Notes under the pieces: model-generated | Told to the model about the DNA's origin: nothing | Database searches by the model: none | Seen by the model: only the letters and a program-made list of their open reading frames with translations | Shown here: in pieces, positions 9,131 to 17,961 of the stretch | Numbering within the stretch: the stretch's first letter is position 1 | Layout of the letters: each line of letters begins with the position of its first letter | Position numbers and translations under genes: made by a program | Assembly: GCA_964428315.1 (NCBI GenBank) | Contig: CAYRXT010000012.1 | Coordinates: forward strand, 562-64,561 | Direction of reading: 5' to 3' | DNA: 64,000 nucleotides | Origin: an uncultured Planctomycetales bacterium | Lineage (GTDB): Bacteria > Omnitrophota > Gorgyraeia > Zapsychrales > CAYRXT01

Positions 9131-9610
9131 CTATTTATTAAACCGCCGCCGGATCTCCCGCGCCCGGCGGCGGTTTTTGTTCCAGTCCCAAAACCCTATC
9201 CCGGCCGAGGCGGAGGAGGAATAATGGATGGTCTTGGTCTCCTCGTCAAACAGGAATTCCACGTCGTCGGACCACCCCAGCGAATCGGAAACCTCGAACT
9301 CCGCGTGGATATAGTCCGGCTCCCGCACGATGATCTTGGCGTTGCCCATGTCCCGCAGGACGTCAATGACCCGTCCGTAAGCCTCCTCTTTTGAGCCCGT
9401 ATAGTTCAAGGGCTCGATGTGGTGTATGCCTTCCTTATAATAGGACGAAACGCATTTAGGCGCCGGAGGGCACGGGCGCAGTTTGCCGTCTTTCAATCCC
9501 GTCTCTTTCGGAAGGAACGCGGAGCATCCCCCCAGGAGGATGGCCACAAGCCATAGGAGGACCGCGGCTTTTCGTGTTTTGTCGATGCGGTCATTCATAA
9601 CGAAAGACAT
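9131..9610 (-). CDS. Small lipoprotein, DUF1499-like
   Basis: Lipobox LLGGC after an N-terminal hydrophobic segment. The RPCPPAPKCVSS motif is reminiscent of the DUF1499 family. 159 aa. Confidence 0.55.
   Translation of the reverse strand: MSFVMNDRIDKTRKAAVLLWLVAILLGGCSAFLPKETGLKDGKLRPCPPAPKCVSSYYKEGIHHIEPLNYTGSKEEAYGRVIDVLRDMGNAKIIVREPDYIHAEFEVSDSLGWSDDVEFLFDEETKTIHYSSSASAGIGFWDWNKNRRRAREIRRRFNK
9142..9181. terminator. GC-rich hairpin (ACCGCCGCCGG...CCGGCGGCGGT) followed by TTTTGTT. Candidate bidirectional terminator.
   Basis: Inverted repeat plus T-run immediately after the OMF stop. It overlaps the last codons of the convergent minus-strand gene. Confidence 0.4.
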
Positions 9611-9861
9611 TATAGGACATCAAAGCCCCTAAAGGCCAGACTTTCTTGTCCGGCGAGCCGGCGGCCCGGCGGGCGGGGTTTTCCCTTCGGGCATGGACTG
9701 CGTCATACAGGATCCATACCGGGTTTAAGCGGGTTGACGGCCGGACGGTGCGGTTTAAACTTGGTTGAAAGGCGGCGGTTCGTCCGCGCGTCGCGGTCGG
9801 GACGTGCCAATACAAAATCCTTGTCAACCGGCAGGAAGCCGCTTACAATGGAGATGCTTTT

Positions 9862-10716
9862 GTGACCTTTCAGACGGAAGATTTTATCCCTATGGATAAA
9901 TACAACCAAAGACTGCAGGTCGACGAAAGAATCCTTTCGGCGGCCGTGCATTTTTCCCAGGATTCGGTGGTCATTACCACTAAAGACCTCGACCTCCCCG
10001 GACCGCATATCATTTACGTCAATCCCAAGTTCACGAAGATGACGGGCTATGAACCCGAAGATGTCCTGGGCAAGACGCCCCGGATCCTCCAGGGGCCCAA
10101 GACGGACCGTTCGGTTTTACAGAGACTCCGGAGCACTCTCGAGGCCGGGGGAGTCTTTTTCGGCCAGGCCGTCAATTACAGGAAAGACGGGACGGAGTTC
10201 TGGAACGAGTGGCACATCGAGCCCATCCGCGACGGACAGGGCAACGTGACCCATTACTTGTCCATCCAGCATGACGTGACCGACCGCAAAAAGGCCGAAG
10301 AGATTATCGCTCAAAAAAATAGCGCCTTAAAGGAGATTATCGAACAAATCGAAATCGAAAAAAGGACCATCAAAGAAGACGTACGTTTGAACGTCGAAAA
10401 AGTCCTCCTGCCGGCCCTCAGCAGGCTGTACCGGAAGGGGACCCGCCTGGACAAAAAATATATCGGCATTCTTGAAAACAGCTTGAAAGACCTGGCTTCG
10501 TCTTTCGGGAGCAGTGTGTCGGCCGACAAGAGCGCGCTTTCTCCCCGTGAAGTGGAAATCGCCAACCTCATTAAAAACGGCGTAAGCAGTAAAGAAATCA
10601 GCGGCCTACTTAATATCTCATTCAAGACCGTAGAGACTCACCGCAATAAAATCCGCAGAAAATTTGGGCTTCTCAATAAAGAGGTCAACCTAACTACTTA
10701 TTTGAGAAGTCTTTAA
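9862..10716 (+). CDS. PAS-domain transcriptional regulator with C-terminal LuxR-type HTH
   Basis: N-terminal PAS/PAC (IIYVNPKFTKMTGYEPEDVLGKTPRILQGPKTD...FWNEWHIEPIRDGQGNVTHYLSIQHDVTDRKKAE). C-terminal LuxR/GerE HTH (LSPREVEIANLIKNGVSSKEISGLLNISFKTVETHRNKIRRKFG). There is no receiver domain. Start is uncertain: GTG 9862 or ATG 9892. Confidence 0.75.
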   Translation: MTFQTEDFIPMDKYNQRLQVDERILSAAVHFSQDSVVITTKDLDLPGPHIIYVNPKFTKMTGYEPEDVLGKTPRILQGPKTDRSVLQRLRSTLEAGGVFFGQAVNYRKDGTEFWNEWHIEPIRDGQGNVTHYLSIQHDVTDRKKAEEIIAQKNSALKEIIEQIEIEKRTIKEDVRLNVEKVLLPALSRLYRKGTRLDKKYIGILENSLKDLASSFGSSVSADKSALSPREVEIANLIKNGVSSKEISGLLNISFKTVETHRNKIRRKFGLLNKEVNLTTYLRSL

Positions 10717-10843
10717 GATTCATTGGCACAAGTTTTGTGCCATCTATATATGCATACATGATGTCTAAGCTATTAAGAGGCGTTGACCGTCTTCTCCTTT
10801 CTGGTAATCTTAGAGTGCGTCACAGGAAAGAAAGGAGAAAGAA

Positions 10844-11443
10844 ATGCTTAAGGCCGTAAACACAACAGGGAAAAGAATGGGAACTGCATTGATCTGCCTG
10901 AGCCTCTGGGCCGCCACGGCCCGGACGGCAGCCGCGCAAGAGACCTCCGCGGCCCCCTTCGAGCCAAGCCACCGGGAGGGGAGCTTTGAAATGGCGCTTC
11001 AGGGCACCGGCGTCAAGACCATGGTCTTCTTCAAGGCCTTTGCCGCGGCCTTTTACATGAATCCGGAAGACGGCCGCAATCCGCTCGATGAGGTCGCCAA
11101 ACGCATAGAAGTGGAATACTTTGTCCGGATACCGGCAAAGAAGCTCAGCGATTACACGGTGGAACGCATGAAGGTCAATGTCCTCGAAGACGAGCTTGCC
11201 CAGATCCGGGATGAGATCGAGATGATGCGGCAGTACTTCGTCGATCTGAAACCCGGAGACAGGTTCGCGTTGACCTTTATACCGGGCGAGGGCACCAAGT
11301 TCGCCTACAACGGCCGGCTGACGGGGGTCATCGAGGGGGACCTGTTCGCCAGGGCCCTGTTCTCCGTGTGGATCGGAGAGAGGCCTTTTGATGAAAGATT
11401 AAAGAGGCAGATCCTCGGGCGGGACAGGAAAGAGCCATCGTAA
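10844..11443 (+). CDS. Chalcone-isomerase-like (CHI-fold, fatty-acid-binding type) secreted protein
   Basis: Signal peptide. The VKTMVFFKAFAAAFYM motif is characteristic of bacterial Chalcone_3/CHI-like proteins. It is the first gene of the lipid-modification operon. Confidence 0.65.
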   Translation: MLKAVNTTGKRMGTALICLSLWAATARTAAAQETSAAPFEPSHREGSFEMALQGTGVKTMVFFKAFAAAFYMNPEDGRNPLDEVAKRIEVEYFVRIPAKKLSDYTVERMKVNVLEDELAQIRDEIEMMRQYFVDLKPGDRFALTFIPGEGTKFAYNGRLTGVIEGDLFARALFSVWIGERPFDERLKRQILGRDRKEPS

Positions 11444-11482
11444 GACCGCTGGTTTCATCACGATAAAAAAGGAGAAGGAGAC

Positions 11483-11938
11483 ATGCCGCACAAACCCCTT
11501 AACGCGATAGAGTTTTTTGAGAACCTCCGTAAAGATTCGATGCACCTTGTCGAGGAGTTTTATGACGAGAACGTCCGGTTCAGCGATCCCATCGTCAATT
11601 TGACCAACCGCCGGCAGGTCAAAGATTACTATGTCAACCTGTACGCCAACGTCGAGTCGATTTCCTGGACATTCCCCGATGTGGTCTCGGAGAAAGACCG
11701 CTGCGCGCTCGCCTGGACCATGACCCTGAGGGCAAAAAACTTCAACGGCAACAGGCCGGTTATCGTCGACGGTGTTTCCGTCATCAAGTTCGGGGGCCGG
11801 GACGGAAAGGCCGTTTATCACCGCGATTATTTCGACATGGGCGCCTTCGTTTACGAGGGCCTGCCGGTTTTGGGCGGCCTGGTGCGTTTCGCCAAACGAA
11901 AGATGGCCGATTACCACAAGGCAGGGCGGCATGGGTGA
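11483..11938 (+). CDS. SnoaL-like / NTF2-fold protein
   Basis: 151 aa with an RBS AAGGAGAAGGAG. Size and pattern fit the NTF2-like superfamily. The end overlaps the next gene. Confidence 0.55.
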   Translation: MPHKPLNAIEFFENLRKDSMHLVEEFYDENVRFSDPIVNLTNRRQVKDYYVNLYANVESISWTFPDVVSEKDRCALAWTMTLRAKNFNGNRPVIVDGVSVIKFGGRDGKAVYHRDYFDMGAFVYEGLPVLGGLVRFAKRKMADYHKAGRHG

Positions 11939-12740
11939 ATATCTGAACATTATCCTGACGGGTTATCTGATCCTGGCGGCCGTCCAGACGGTGCTGTGGA
12001 TTATTCAGAATTTCACCAAAGACGCCTCAACGACCGATGTCGGCTGGTGCCTGGGGATGCCGGTCCTGGCGGGCTGGTATTTTATCAACCTCGAAGGGTT
12101 CGCGCTCAGGAAACTGCTGATCTTTGTCCCGCTTGTCATCTGGTCGCTGCGTTTGTCCTTCCATCTGGTCCGCCGCATGCGCCACGCCGGGAAGGAGGAC
12201 AGCCGCTACGCCCAGCTCAGGGATGAATGGGGCGGGCACGCCGGCCGGAATTTCTTTTTCATCTACCAGATCCAGCCGGTCTTTGACCTTATTTTGTCGG
12301 TACCTTTTTTTATCGTCTTTATGAACCCGGACCCGGCCATCAAGGGCGTTGAGATCGCCGCGTTGTTTTTGTGGGCCGGCGGACTCGCCGGAGAGACGCT
12401 GGCCGATGAACAGTTACGGCGTTTCACGGCAAATCCGGCCAACAAGGGGAGAGTATGCCAAAACGGCTTGTGGCGGTATTCGCGCCATCCCAACTTCTTT
12501 TTTGAATGGGTCATGTGGGTGGCCTACTTTGTCTTTGCCCTGGGTAGCCCTTACGGTCTGTACGGAGCCGTCGCACCAGCGCTGATGCTTGTTCTGCTCC
12601 TCAAGGTCACGGGGATCCCGATCATGGAAGAGCGGGCCCTGAAAAAAAAGGGTGAGGCCTTCAGGGAATATCAGGGGGCCACCAGCTTTTTCTTCCCGAT
12701 GCCGCCCCGAAAAAAAGCGAGGGAGTCCGATGAGAATTAA
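11931..12740 (+). CDS. DUF1295 family membrane protein (steroid 5-alpha-reductase / ICMT-like fold)
   Basis: The true start is ATG 11931, overlapping the previous stop. The ORF-track start at 11772 is an over-extension. Multi-TM. The conserved C-terminal block (GLWRYSRHPNFFFEWVMWVAYFV) is typical of the DUF1295 methyltransferase/reductase-like membrane family. Confidence 0.8.
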   Translation: MGEYLNIILTGYLILAAVQTVLWIIQNFTKDASTTDVGWCLGMPVLAGWYFINLEGFALRKLLIFVPLVIWSLRLSFHLVRRMRHAGKEDSRYAQLRDEWGGHAGRNFFFIYQIQPVFDLILSVPFFIVFMNPDPAIKGVEIAALFLWAGGLAGETLADEQLRRFTANPANKGRVCQNGLWRYSRHPNFFFEWVMWVAYFVFALGSPYGLYGAVAPALMLVLLLKVTGIPIMEERALKKKGEAFREYQGATSFFFPMPPRKKARESDEN

Positions 12741-13344
12741 GCGGTTGACAAAGTCCAGACGATTTGTCCGGTCCGCATTAGCCGGCGTCTTGTTTGTCCT
12801 GGTTGCGGCCGGACCGGGTTTCGCATCCGGGGTGGTCGAATTCGGCCCCGGGGAGACAACGATCGAGGGTTCGATCCGGTACACCGTGATCGGTCATTAC
12901 GAATTCGAATTCGACAGGTTCAAGGGGGAGATCGCGGTGGATGAAGACTCACGGGAGATCCTGGATGTCTATCTGGAGATCGAGGCGGAGAGCATAGGTT
13001 CAGAGTGTTTGTGGTGCGACAAGATCGTGCGTTCCGAACAGCTTCTGCACACGGAAAAACACCCCCTCATCGTCTTCAAGAGTCAAAAGATCTTCCGGGA
13101 CGAAGAAGGGTATCAGGTGACAGGCATTCTGGATATGCACGGAAAGACGAAGGAGATGACCTTTCCTTTCTCGGCGGAGTTCATCACGGACGAGCAGACC
13201 GGGGAAAACGGGATTGCCGTGAACGGCCGGTGGGTCATCAACCGGAAAGACTTCGATATCATATGGAACAGGCTGCTCGACGTCGGCGGGGTCCTTGTGG
13301 GCAACCATATTACGGTGGAATGGGGGATCCGGTCCGCAATCTAG
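12730..13344 (+). CDS. YceI-like (polyisoprenoid/lipid-binding) periplasmic protein
   Basis: Start ATG 12730 (MRIKRLTKSRR.., signal peptide) overlaps the DUF1295 stop. The beta-barrel YceI pattern (EGSIRYTVIGHYEFEFDRFKGEIAVDED...ITVEWGI) is present. Confidence 0.65.
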   Translation: MRIKRLTKSRRFVRSALAGVLFVLVAAGPGFASGVVEFGPGETTIEGSIRYTVIGHYEFEFDRFKGEIAVDEDSREILDVYLEIEAESIGSECLWCDKIVRSEQLLHTEKHPLIVFKSQKIFRDEEGYQVTGILDMHGKTKEMTFPFSAEFITDEQTGENGIAVNGRWVINRKDFDIIWNRLLDVGGVLVGNHITVEWGIRSAI

Positions 13345-13358
13345 AAAGACAGGAGATC

Positions 13359-13730
13359 ATGATGAACAAGATGTTTACGATGTCAGTGGCGGTGATGATT
13401 TTGTCCCTGCTGATTGTTCCCGGCGCGCAGGCCGAAGACGGCCCCGTCAAGAAGCTTGCCAGAGGCGTGGTCAACGTCGTGACGGCCCCGATCGAGATCC
13501 CCAAGCAGGCCAGGGCCTACTGGGTCGAGGGGGCGCGGGAGACCGACCATATCCTGGTCTGGATCGCCTCGGGAACGGTGTGGGGCATCATTCAGACAGT
13601 CAAAAGGGCGGGCTCGGGGGTGTGGGATATCGTGACCTTCCCGGTTGAAAAGCCCGCGGATTATGCCCCCCTGCTTGAACCGGATTACGTGTTCGAACAA
13701 TGGCCCCGGAACCCGGACAGCGGGAGATAA
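13359..13730 (+). CDS. Small secreted protein. Low-confidence resemblance to TIGR04073-type exosortase-system-associated small proteins.
   Basis: RBS AGGAG. Signal peptide (MMNKMFTMSVAVMILSLLIVPGAQA). The KLARGVVNVVTAPIEIP motif resembles the KLxRGxxNxxTxxxEIP signature of that family. The ORF-track 13005 start is an artefact. Confidence 0.5.
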   Translation: MMNKMFTMSVAVMILSLLIVPGAQAEDGPVKKLARGVVNVVTAPIEIPKQARAYWVEGARETDHILVWIASGTVWGIIQTVKRAGSGVWDIVTFPVEKPADYAPLLEPDYVFEQWPRNPDSGR

Positions 13731-13733
13731 GGC

Positions 13734-14429
13734 ATGAAATATTCCGTCATCATCCCGACGTACAACGCCCAGCGTCACCTTGAAGGATGTATCCGGTCCG
13801 TGTGTGCGGCCCTGCCGGAGAGCGAGATCATTGTGTCCGACGGCGGCAGTCTGGATAAGACGCGGGACATAGGCGTTAGGGAGAAAGCGAGGGTGATCGA
13901 TTCCCCCAAAGGAAGAGGAGTACAGCTGAACCGGGGCGCGGCCCGCGCGGCCGGAAAGATATTCCTCTTTTTGCACTGCGATTCCCGGCTGGATCCGGAG
14001 GCCGGCCGGGTTCTGGAGACATGGTTTGCCCGCGGAGACGTTCAGTCCGGAAAGTTTACCTTGAAATTCGACCGGGATTCGCGTCTGTTGGGGCTTTACG
14101 CGGCCCTGGCAAGGTTTGATTCTTTCCTGACGAGTTTTGGGGACCAGGGCATTGTGGTGAGAAAAGAATTATTTTGGAGGTTGGACGGATTTCCGGAATG
14201 GCCTCTTTTGGAAGACGTGAGATTTCTTCAAAAGGCCAGGAGGATAACCAAGATCCATACCCTTCCGGCGGTCGTGACGACATCGGCGGAACGCTTCCTT
14301 CAAAACGGCGTTATCAGACAGCAATGGCTTAATGCAGGTATTCTGATGAAGTACCGGCTCGGGCATTCGCCGGCGCGCCTCGCTTCGCAATACGAAAAAG
14401 GAGGGACGAGGGATGAAGGCATTCTTTAG
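13734..14429 (+). CDS. Family 2 glycosyltransferase (TIGR04283-like small GT2)
   Basis: MKYSVIIPTYNAQRHLEGCIRSV...SDGGSLDKT is a GT-A N-terminal nucleotide-binding region. Starts 3 nt after the previous stop. 231 aa. Confidence 0.75.
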   Translation: MKYSVIIPTYNAQRHLEGCIRSVCAALPESEIIVSDGGSLDKTRDIGVREKARVIDSPKGRGVQLNRGAARAAGKIFLFLHCDSRLDPEAGRVLETWFARGDVQSGKFTLKFDRDSRLLGLYAALARFDSFLTSFGDQGIVVRKELFWRLDGFPEWPLLEDVRFLQKARRITKIHTLPAVVTTSAERFLQNGVIRQQWLNAGILMKYRLGHSPARLASQYEKGGTRDEGIL

Positions 14430-15201
14430 AGCGGCAATCATAGGAACAGGTCTTTTTATTTTCGGAGGGTTGAACGCCATGAGTTACGCCCAGGAAATGA
14501 ACCATGAGCTCTTCAGCGGGGTGCTCGGTGATCACGTGGAAAAGGGTCTGGTCGATTACCCGGGCTTATGCGGCGACAAGCGCCTGGAGGCCTACCTGGG
14601 GCAACTGGAAGGCACCGATCCAAGCGCTCTTTCGCGAGATGAAGCCATGGCCTTCTGGATCAACGCCTACAACGCCTTCACCCTGGAACTGATCTGCGGG
14701 AATTATCCTCTGAAGAGTATCAACGAACTGCATACGGGGGGACTGATTCTCGGCTCCATCTTGAAGAAGACCGCGTGGGACAGGGGTTTTATCGAGATCA
14801 ACGGGCGGGACTACAGCCTGGGGCAGATAGAGCACAAGATATTGCGGCCGCGGTTTGACGATCCAAGGATCCACTTCGCCATTGTGTGCGCTGCGCGCAG
14901 TTGTCCGCCTCTGCGTTCCGAGGCTTATGAGGCCGGGGCGCTTGACCGGCAGCTGGATGACCAGGGCAGGCTATTCCTGGCTGAACGAAGCGATCTGAAC
15001 GATTACGATCTGGACAAGAAGATCGCGTATCTCTCGCCGATATTTTCCTGGTTTAAGAAAGACTTCGGGGAAGACAGGACGGACCGGCTTCTCTTTCTGG
15101 CGGACTACATGCCACCGGAGGCGGCGCGGTCCGTCAGGGCGGCCCCGGAGGAGTGGACGATACGATACAAGACTTATGATTGGAGCCTGAATGAACAGTA
15201 G
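14413..15201 (+). CDS. DUF547 domain protein
   Basis: Classic DUF547 block (EAMAFWINAYNAFTLELI...HFAIVCAARSCPPLR). Has a signal peptide. Overlaps the GT2 end. Confidence 0.8.
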   Translation: MKAFFRAAIIGTGLFIFGGLNAMSYAQEMNHELFSGVLGDHVEKGLVDYPGLCGDKRLEAYLGQLEGTDPSALSRDEAMAFWINAYNAFTLELICGNYPLKSINELHTGGLILGSILKKTAWDRGFIEINGRDYSLGQIEHKILRPRFDDPRIHFAIVCAARSCPPLRSEAYEAGALDRQLDDQGRLFLAERSDLNDYDLDKKIAYLSPIFSWFKKDFGEDRTDRLLFLADYMPPEAARSVRAAPEEWTIRYKTYDWSLNEQ

Positions 15202-15985
15202 ATGCGTTATTACGGTCTTTGTCTTTCTGATCGCGGCTCTTCCCTTGTCCGGCCCGGCCGCGGAGTCCTTCAGCGGCGAAACCCGGGAGAGGGTGGTGAC
15301 GGTAGACGAGGAGACCGGCGAGGCCCGTTCGGTTTCCCAGGTCCGAATCAAGGGCGTTCCGGATGCGCCGGATTCTTACATCCTCCGCGTCCGGGGCCGG
15401 GGCCGGCACAAGACGCTGGAAGAGGCCCGGTGGATGAGCGAAGCATTGTTAACCAAAGAGGACGGCCGCGTGCGTGTTCAAAACAGCGTCAAGACGGTTT
15501 ATTCCGGCGGGGAGATCGTTTTCCGGGCGAGTAAACGTTACGACTATGAGAACAAGACAGTATCCCTGGAGATAGAGGACAAGGGGAAGGGCCCGACGCT
15601 TACAAAGGAATTTCCCATCCGGGGGGCTATCTGCGACGACGTGACGCTTGTCCACGTCCTGGACGCGGTTGTCCCCGCGTCGCCGGAAGGCGGTCCCGGC
15701 CGGTTTTATCTGTTGACCAATGAACCCAGGCTTTACCATGTCATGGTCAAAAACAGGGGCAAAGACACCCTGAACCTGCCCCAGGGCAAAAAGGAGGCGG
15801 ACAAGATCCAGCTTATGGCCGACCTGGGGCCTTTGACGGAGATGGCCGCGAAATGGGTGCCGGCGACGTATGTCTGGATGGACCGGGGCCATTCCGAACG
15901 CTGGCTGCAGTATCAGGGGATGGAGGCCGGATACGGCTCGGCCTATATCAAGGCTTTTGTTACTGAAAGGGAGAAACAGCCATGA
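15191..15985 (+). CDS. Secreted hypothetical protein
   Basis: Signal peptide (VFVFLIAALPLSGPAAE). Translationally coupled to flanking genes. No motif recognised. Confidence 0.5.
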   Translation: MNSRCVITVFVFLIAALPLSGPAAESFSGETRERVVTVDEETGEARSVSQVRIKGVPDAPDSYILRVRGRGRHKTLEEARWMSEALLTKEDGRVRVQNSVKTVYSGGEIVFRASKRYDYENKTVSLEIEDKGKGPTLTKEFPIRGAICDDVTLVHVLDAVVPASPEGGPGRFYLLTNEPRLYHVMVKNRGKDTLNLPQGKKEADKIQLMADLGPLTEMAAKWVPATYVWMDRGHSERWLQYQGMEAGYGSAYIKAFVTEREKQP

Positions 15986-16905
15986 GAAAGATCCTTGTCA
16001 TGGGAGCCACCGGTTTTGTGGGCTCAAGACTCGTGGCCCGATTGATGGAAAAAGGCTTTTCGGTCAGGGCCGCCGGACGCTCCCGGCATAAACTCGAAAA
16101 ACGTTTGGGGAGCGGACGAAACAACCTGGAGTTGGTTGAGGCCGATGTACTTGACGCCGTCTCCCTCGGGAAGGCGTTGCAGGGAGTGGATACCGCTTTT
16201 TATCTTGTTCACTCCATGAATCCCCAGAACCCGGACTTCGCCGGGGCGGACAGGAAAGCGGCCGGGAACATGGCCCGTTTGAGCGGGGAGTGCGGAGTCA
16301 AAAAGATCATTTATCTGAGCGGACTGGGGGAAGAAGGAGAAGGTCTCAGCAAACACCTCCGGTCCCGGCATGAAGTCGAAGAGATCCTGCGCTCGGGCAC
16401 AGTCCCGGTGACCGTTCTGCGGGCGGCGATGATCATTGGCGCGGGCAGCGCCTCTTTCGAGATCATGAGGCATCTGGTCAACCGTCTTCCGGTCATGATC
16501 ACCCCCCGCTGGGTCAGTACGCCTTCCCAGCCCATTGCCGTCGATAACGTTATCCATTATCTATGCGGGTGCATCGACCGGGAGCAGACCTGGGGACAGA
16601 CTTATGATATCGGAGGAGATGATATCGTCTCTTACCGCGATCTCATGCGTGTTTATGCCGAGGAGGCCGGTCTTCGGAAAAGGTTCGTAATCCCCGTCCC
16701 GGTCCTGACGCCCTGGCTGAGCGCCTTATGGATCCATCTGGTCACGCCGATGCCCTCTTATATCGCAAGGCCGCTGGCCGAGGGGCTAAGGAATCCCGTT
16801 ATCTGTCAGGACCGGCGCATCACAGAGGTTATCCGCCAGGACCTCCTGGACTGCCGGGAGGCGATCCGCAGGGCGTTAAACGATATTCATAATAAGGAAA
16901 GGTGA
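15982..16905 (+). CDS. NAD(P)H-binding NmrA/SDR-family oxidoreductase (atypical SDR with C-terminal DUF2867-like region)
   Basis: MRKILVMGATGFVGSRLVARL is a Rossmann GxxGxxG motif. About 300 aa. RBS AAAGGGAGA. Confidence 0.8.
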   Translation: MRKILVMGATGFVGSRLVARLMEKGFSVRAAGRSRHKLEKRLGSGRNNLELVEADVLDAVSLGKALQGVDTAFYLVHSMNPQNPDFAGADRKAAGNMARLSGECGVKKIIYLSGLGEEGEGLSKHLRSRHEVEEILRSGTVPVTVLRAAMIIGAGSASFEIMRHLVNRLPVMITPRWVSTPSQPIAVDNVIHYLCGCIDREQTWGQTYDIGGDDIVSYRDLMRVYAEEAGLRKRFVIPVPVLTPWLSALWIHLVTPMPSYIARPLAEGLRNPVICQDRRITEVIRQDLLDCREAIRRALNDIHNKER

Positions 16906-16911
16906 GCTTCC

Positions 16912-17961
16912 ATGAGAAGATTTATGAGTGCCGGTCAGTTTTTACTGGAGAAGGGATGCGTGCCCGACGGACTGGTCCGGATCGGCATCCGCGGACTCTT
17001 GAAGGACAAACTCAAAGAGGAAAGACGGCTCGAGAAGACGGCGGGGGCGAGGCGTAAGAGCGACCTGGTCGGTTTTTTGCGTTCATCCCCTATCGCCGTG
17101 AACACTCAGGACGCCAATGCCCAGCATTATGAGCTTCCCACGGAGTTTTTCCGTCTGGTTATGGGAAGACACATGAAATACAGCTGCGGTATCTGGAATG
17201 AAGGGACCGCTGATCTGGACACCGCGGAACGCGATATGCTGGAACTCACCGTCCGCAGGGCGGAGGTGGCGGACGGACAGAGGATACTTGAACTGGGATG
17301 CGGATGGGGTTCCTTGACCCTTTATTTGGCGGAAAAGTTTCCCGCCAGCCGTATCACCGGTGTCTCCAACTCTTCAACGCAGAAAGAATACATCCTGAGG
17401 GAGGCCCGTTCCAGGGGGCTGGACAATGTCCGCATCATCACGGCGGACATGAATGATTTCACGATCGATGAACAATTCGACCGGGTCGTCTCGGTCGAGA
17501 TGTTTGAGCATATGCGCAATTACGGCCGGCTTTTCGAAAAGATCGCCGGTTTCCTGGATGACGGCGGCAAGCTGTTTGTCCACATCTTTGCCCACCGGAA
17601 ATTCGCCTACCTGTATGAGGAACGCGACCCCCATGACTGGATAGGCCGGTATTTTTTCACCGGCGGTCTCATGCCCAGCGAAGACCTGTTCACGTTCTTT
17701 CAGGAGTATTTCTCCATCGAGAGGCAGTGGCGTGTCCCGGGGCATCATTATCAGAAGACAGCGGAGGCCTGGCTGAAGAACACGGACAGGAACAAGGCCA
17801 GGATCCTGCCTATTTTGCGGGAGACGTACGGCCCTGATCAGTTCAAGACGTGGTGGATATACTGGCGCGTGTTTTTCATGTCCTGCGCCGAGCTCTGGGG
17901 CTACCAAAAAGGGACCGAATGGGTTGTCTGTCATTACCTGTTCACAAAAAGGGGGGCATAA
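16912..17961 (+). CDS. SAM-dependent methyltransferase of the cyclopropane-fatty-acyl-phospholipid synthase (CMAS) family, copy 1
   Basis: SAM-binding motif I (ILELGCGWGSLTLYLA) and motif (RVVSVEMFEHM) are typical of the CFA/mycolic-acid cyclopropane synthase family. 349 aa, shorter than canonical Cfa. Confidence 0.85.
   Translation: MRRFMSAGQFLLEKGCVPDGLVRIGIRGLLKDKLKEERRLEKTAGARRKSDLVGFLRSSPIAVNTQDANAQHYELPTEFFRLVMGRHMKYSCGIWNEGTADLDTAERDMLELTVRRAEVADGQRILELGCGWGSLTLYLAEKFPASRITGVSNSSTQKEYILREARSRGLDNVRIITADMNDFTIDEQFDRVVSVEMFEHMRNYGRLFEKIAGFLDDGGKLFVHIFAHRKFAYLYEERDPHDWIGRYFFTGGLMPSEDLFTFFQEYFSIERQWRVPGHHYQKTAEAWLKNTDRNKARILPILRETYGPDQFKTWWIYWRVFFMSCAELWGYQKGTEWVVCHYLFTKRGA

Noticed and set aside
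11772-13358. Upstream extensions of the DUF1295 (11772), YceI-like (12652) and small secreted (13005) ORFs
   Set aside because: Internal ATGs with RBS, signal peptides and stop/start overlaps with the preceding gene give compact starts at 11931, 12730 and 13359. The extensions would overlap upstream genes by 160-350 nt.
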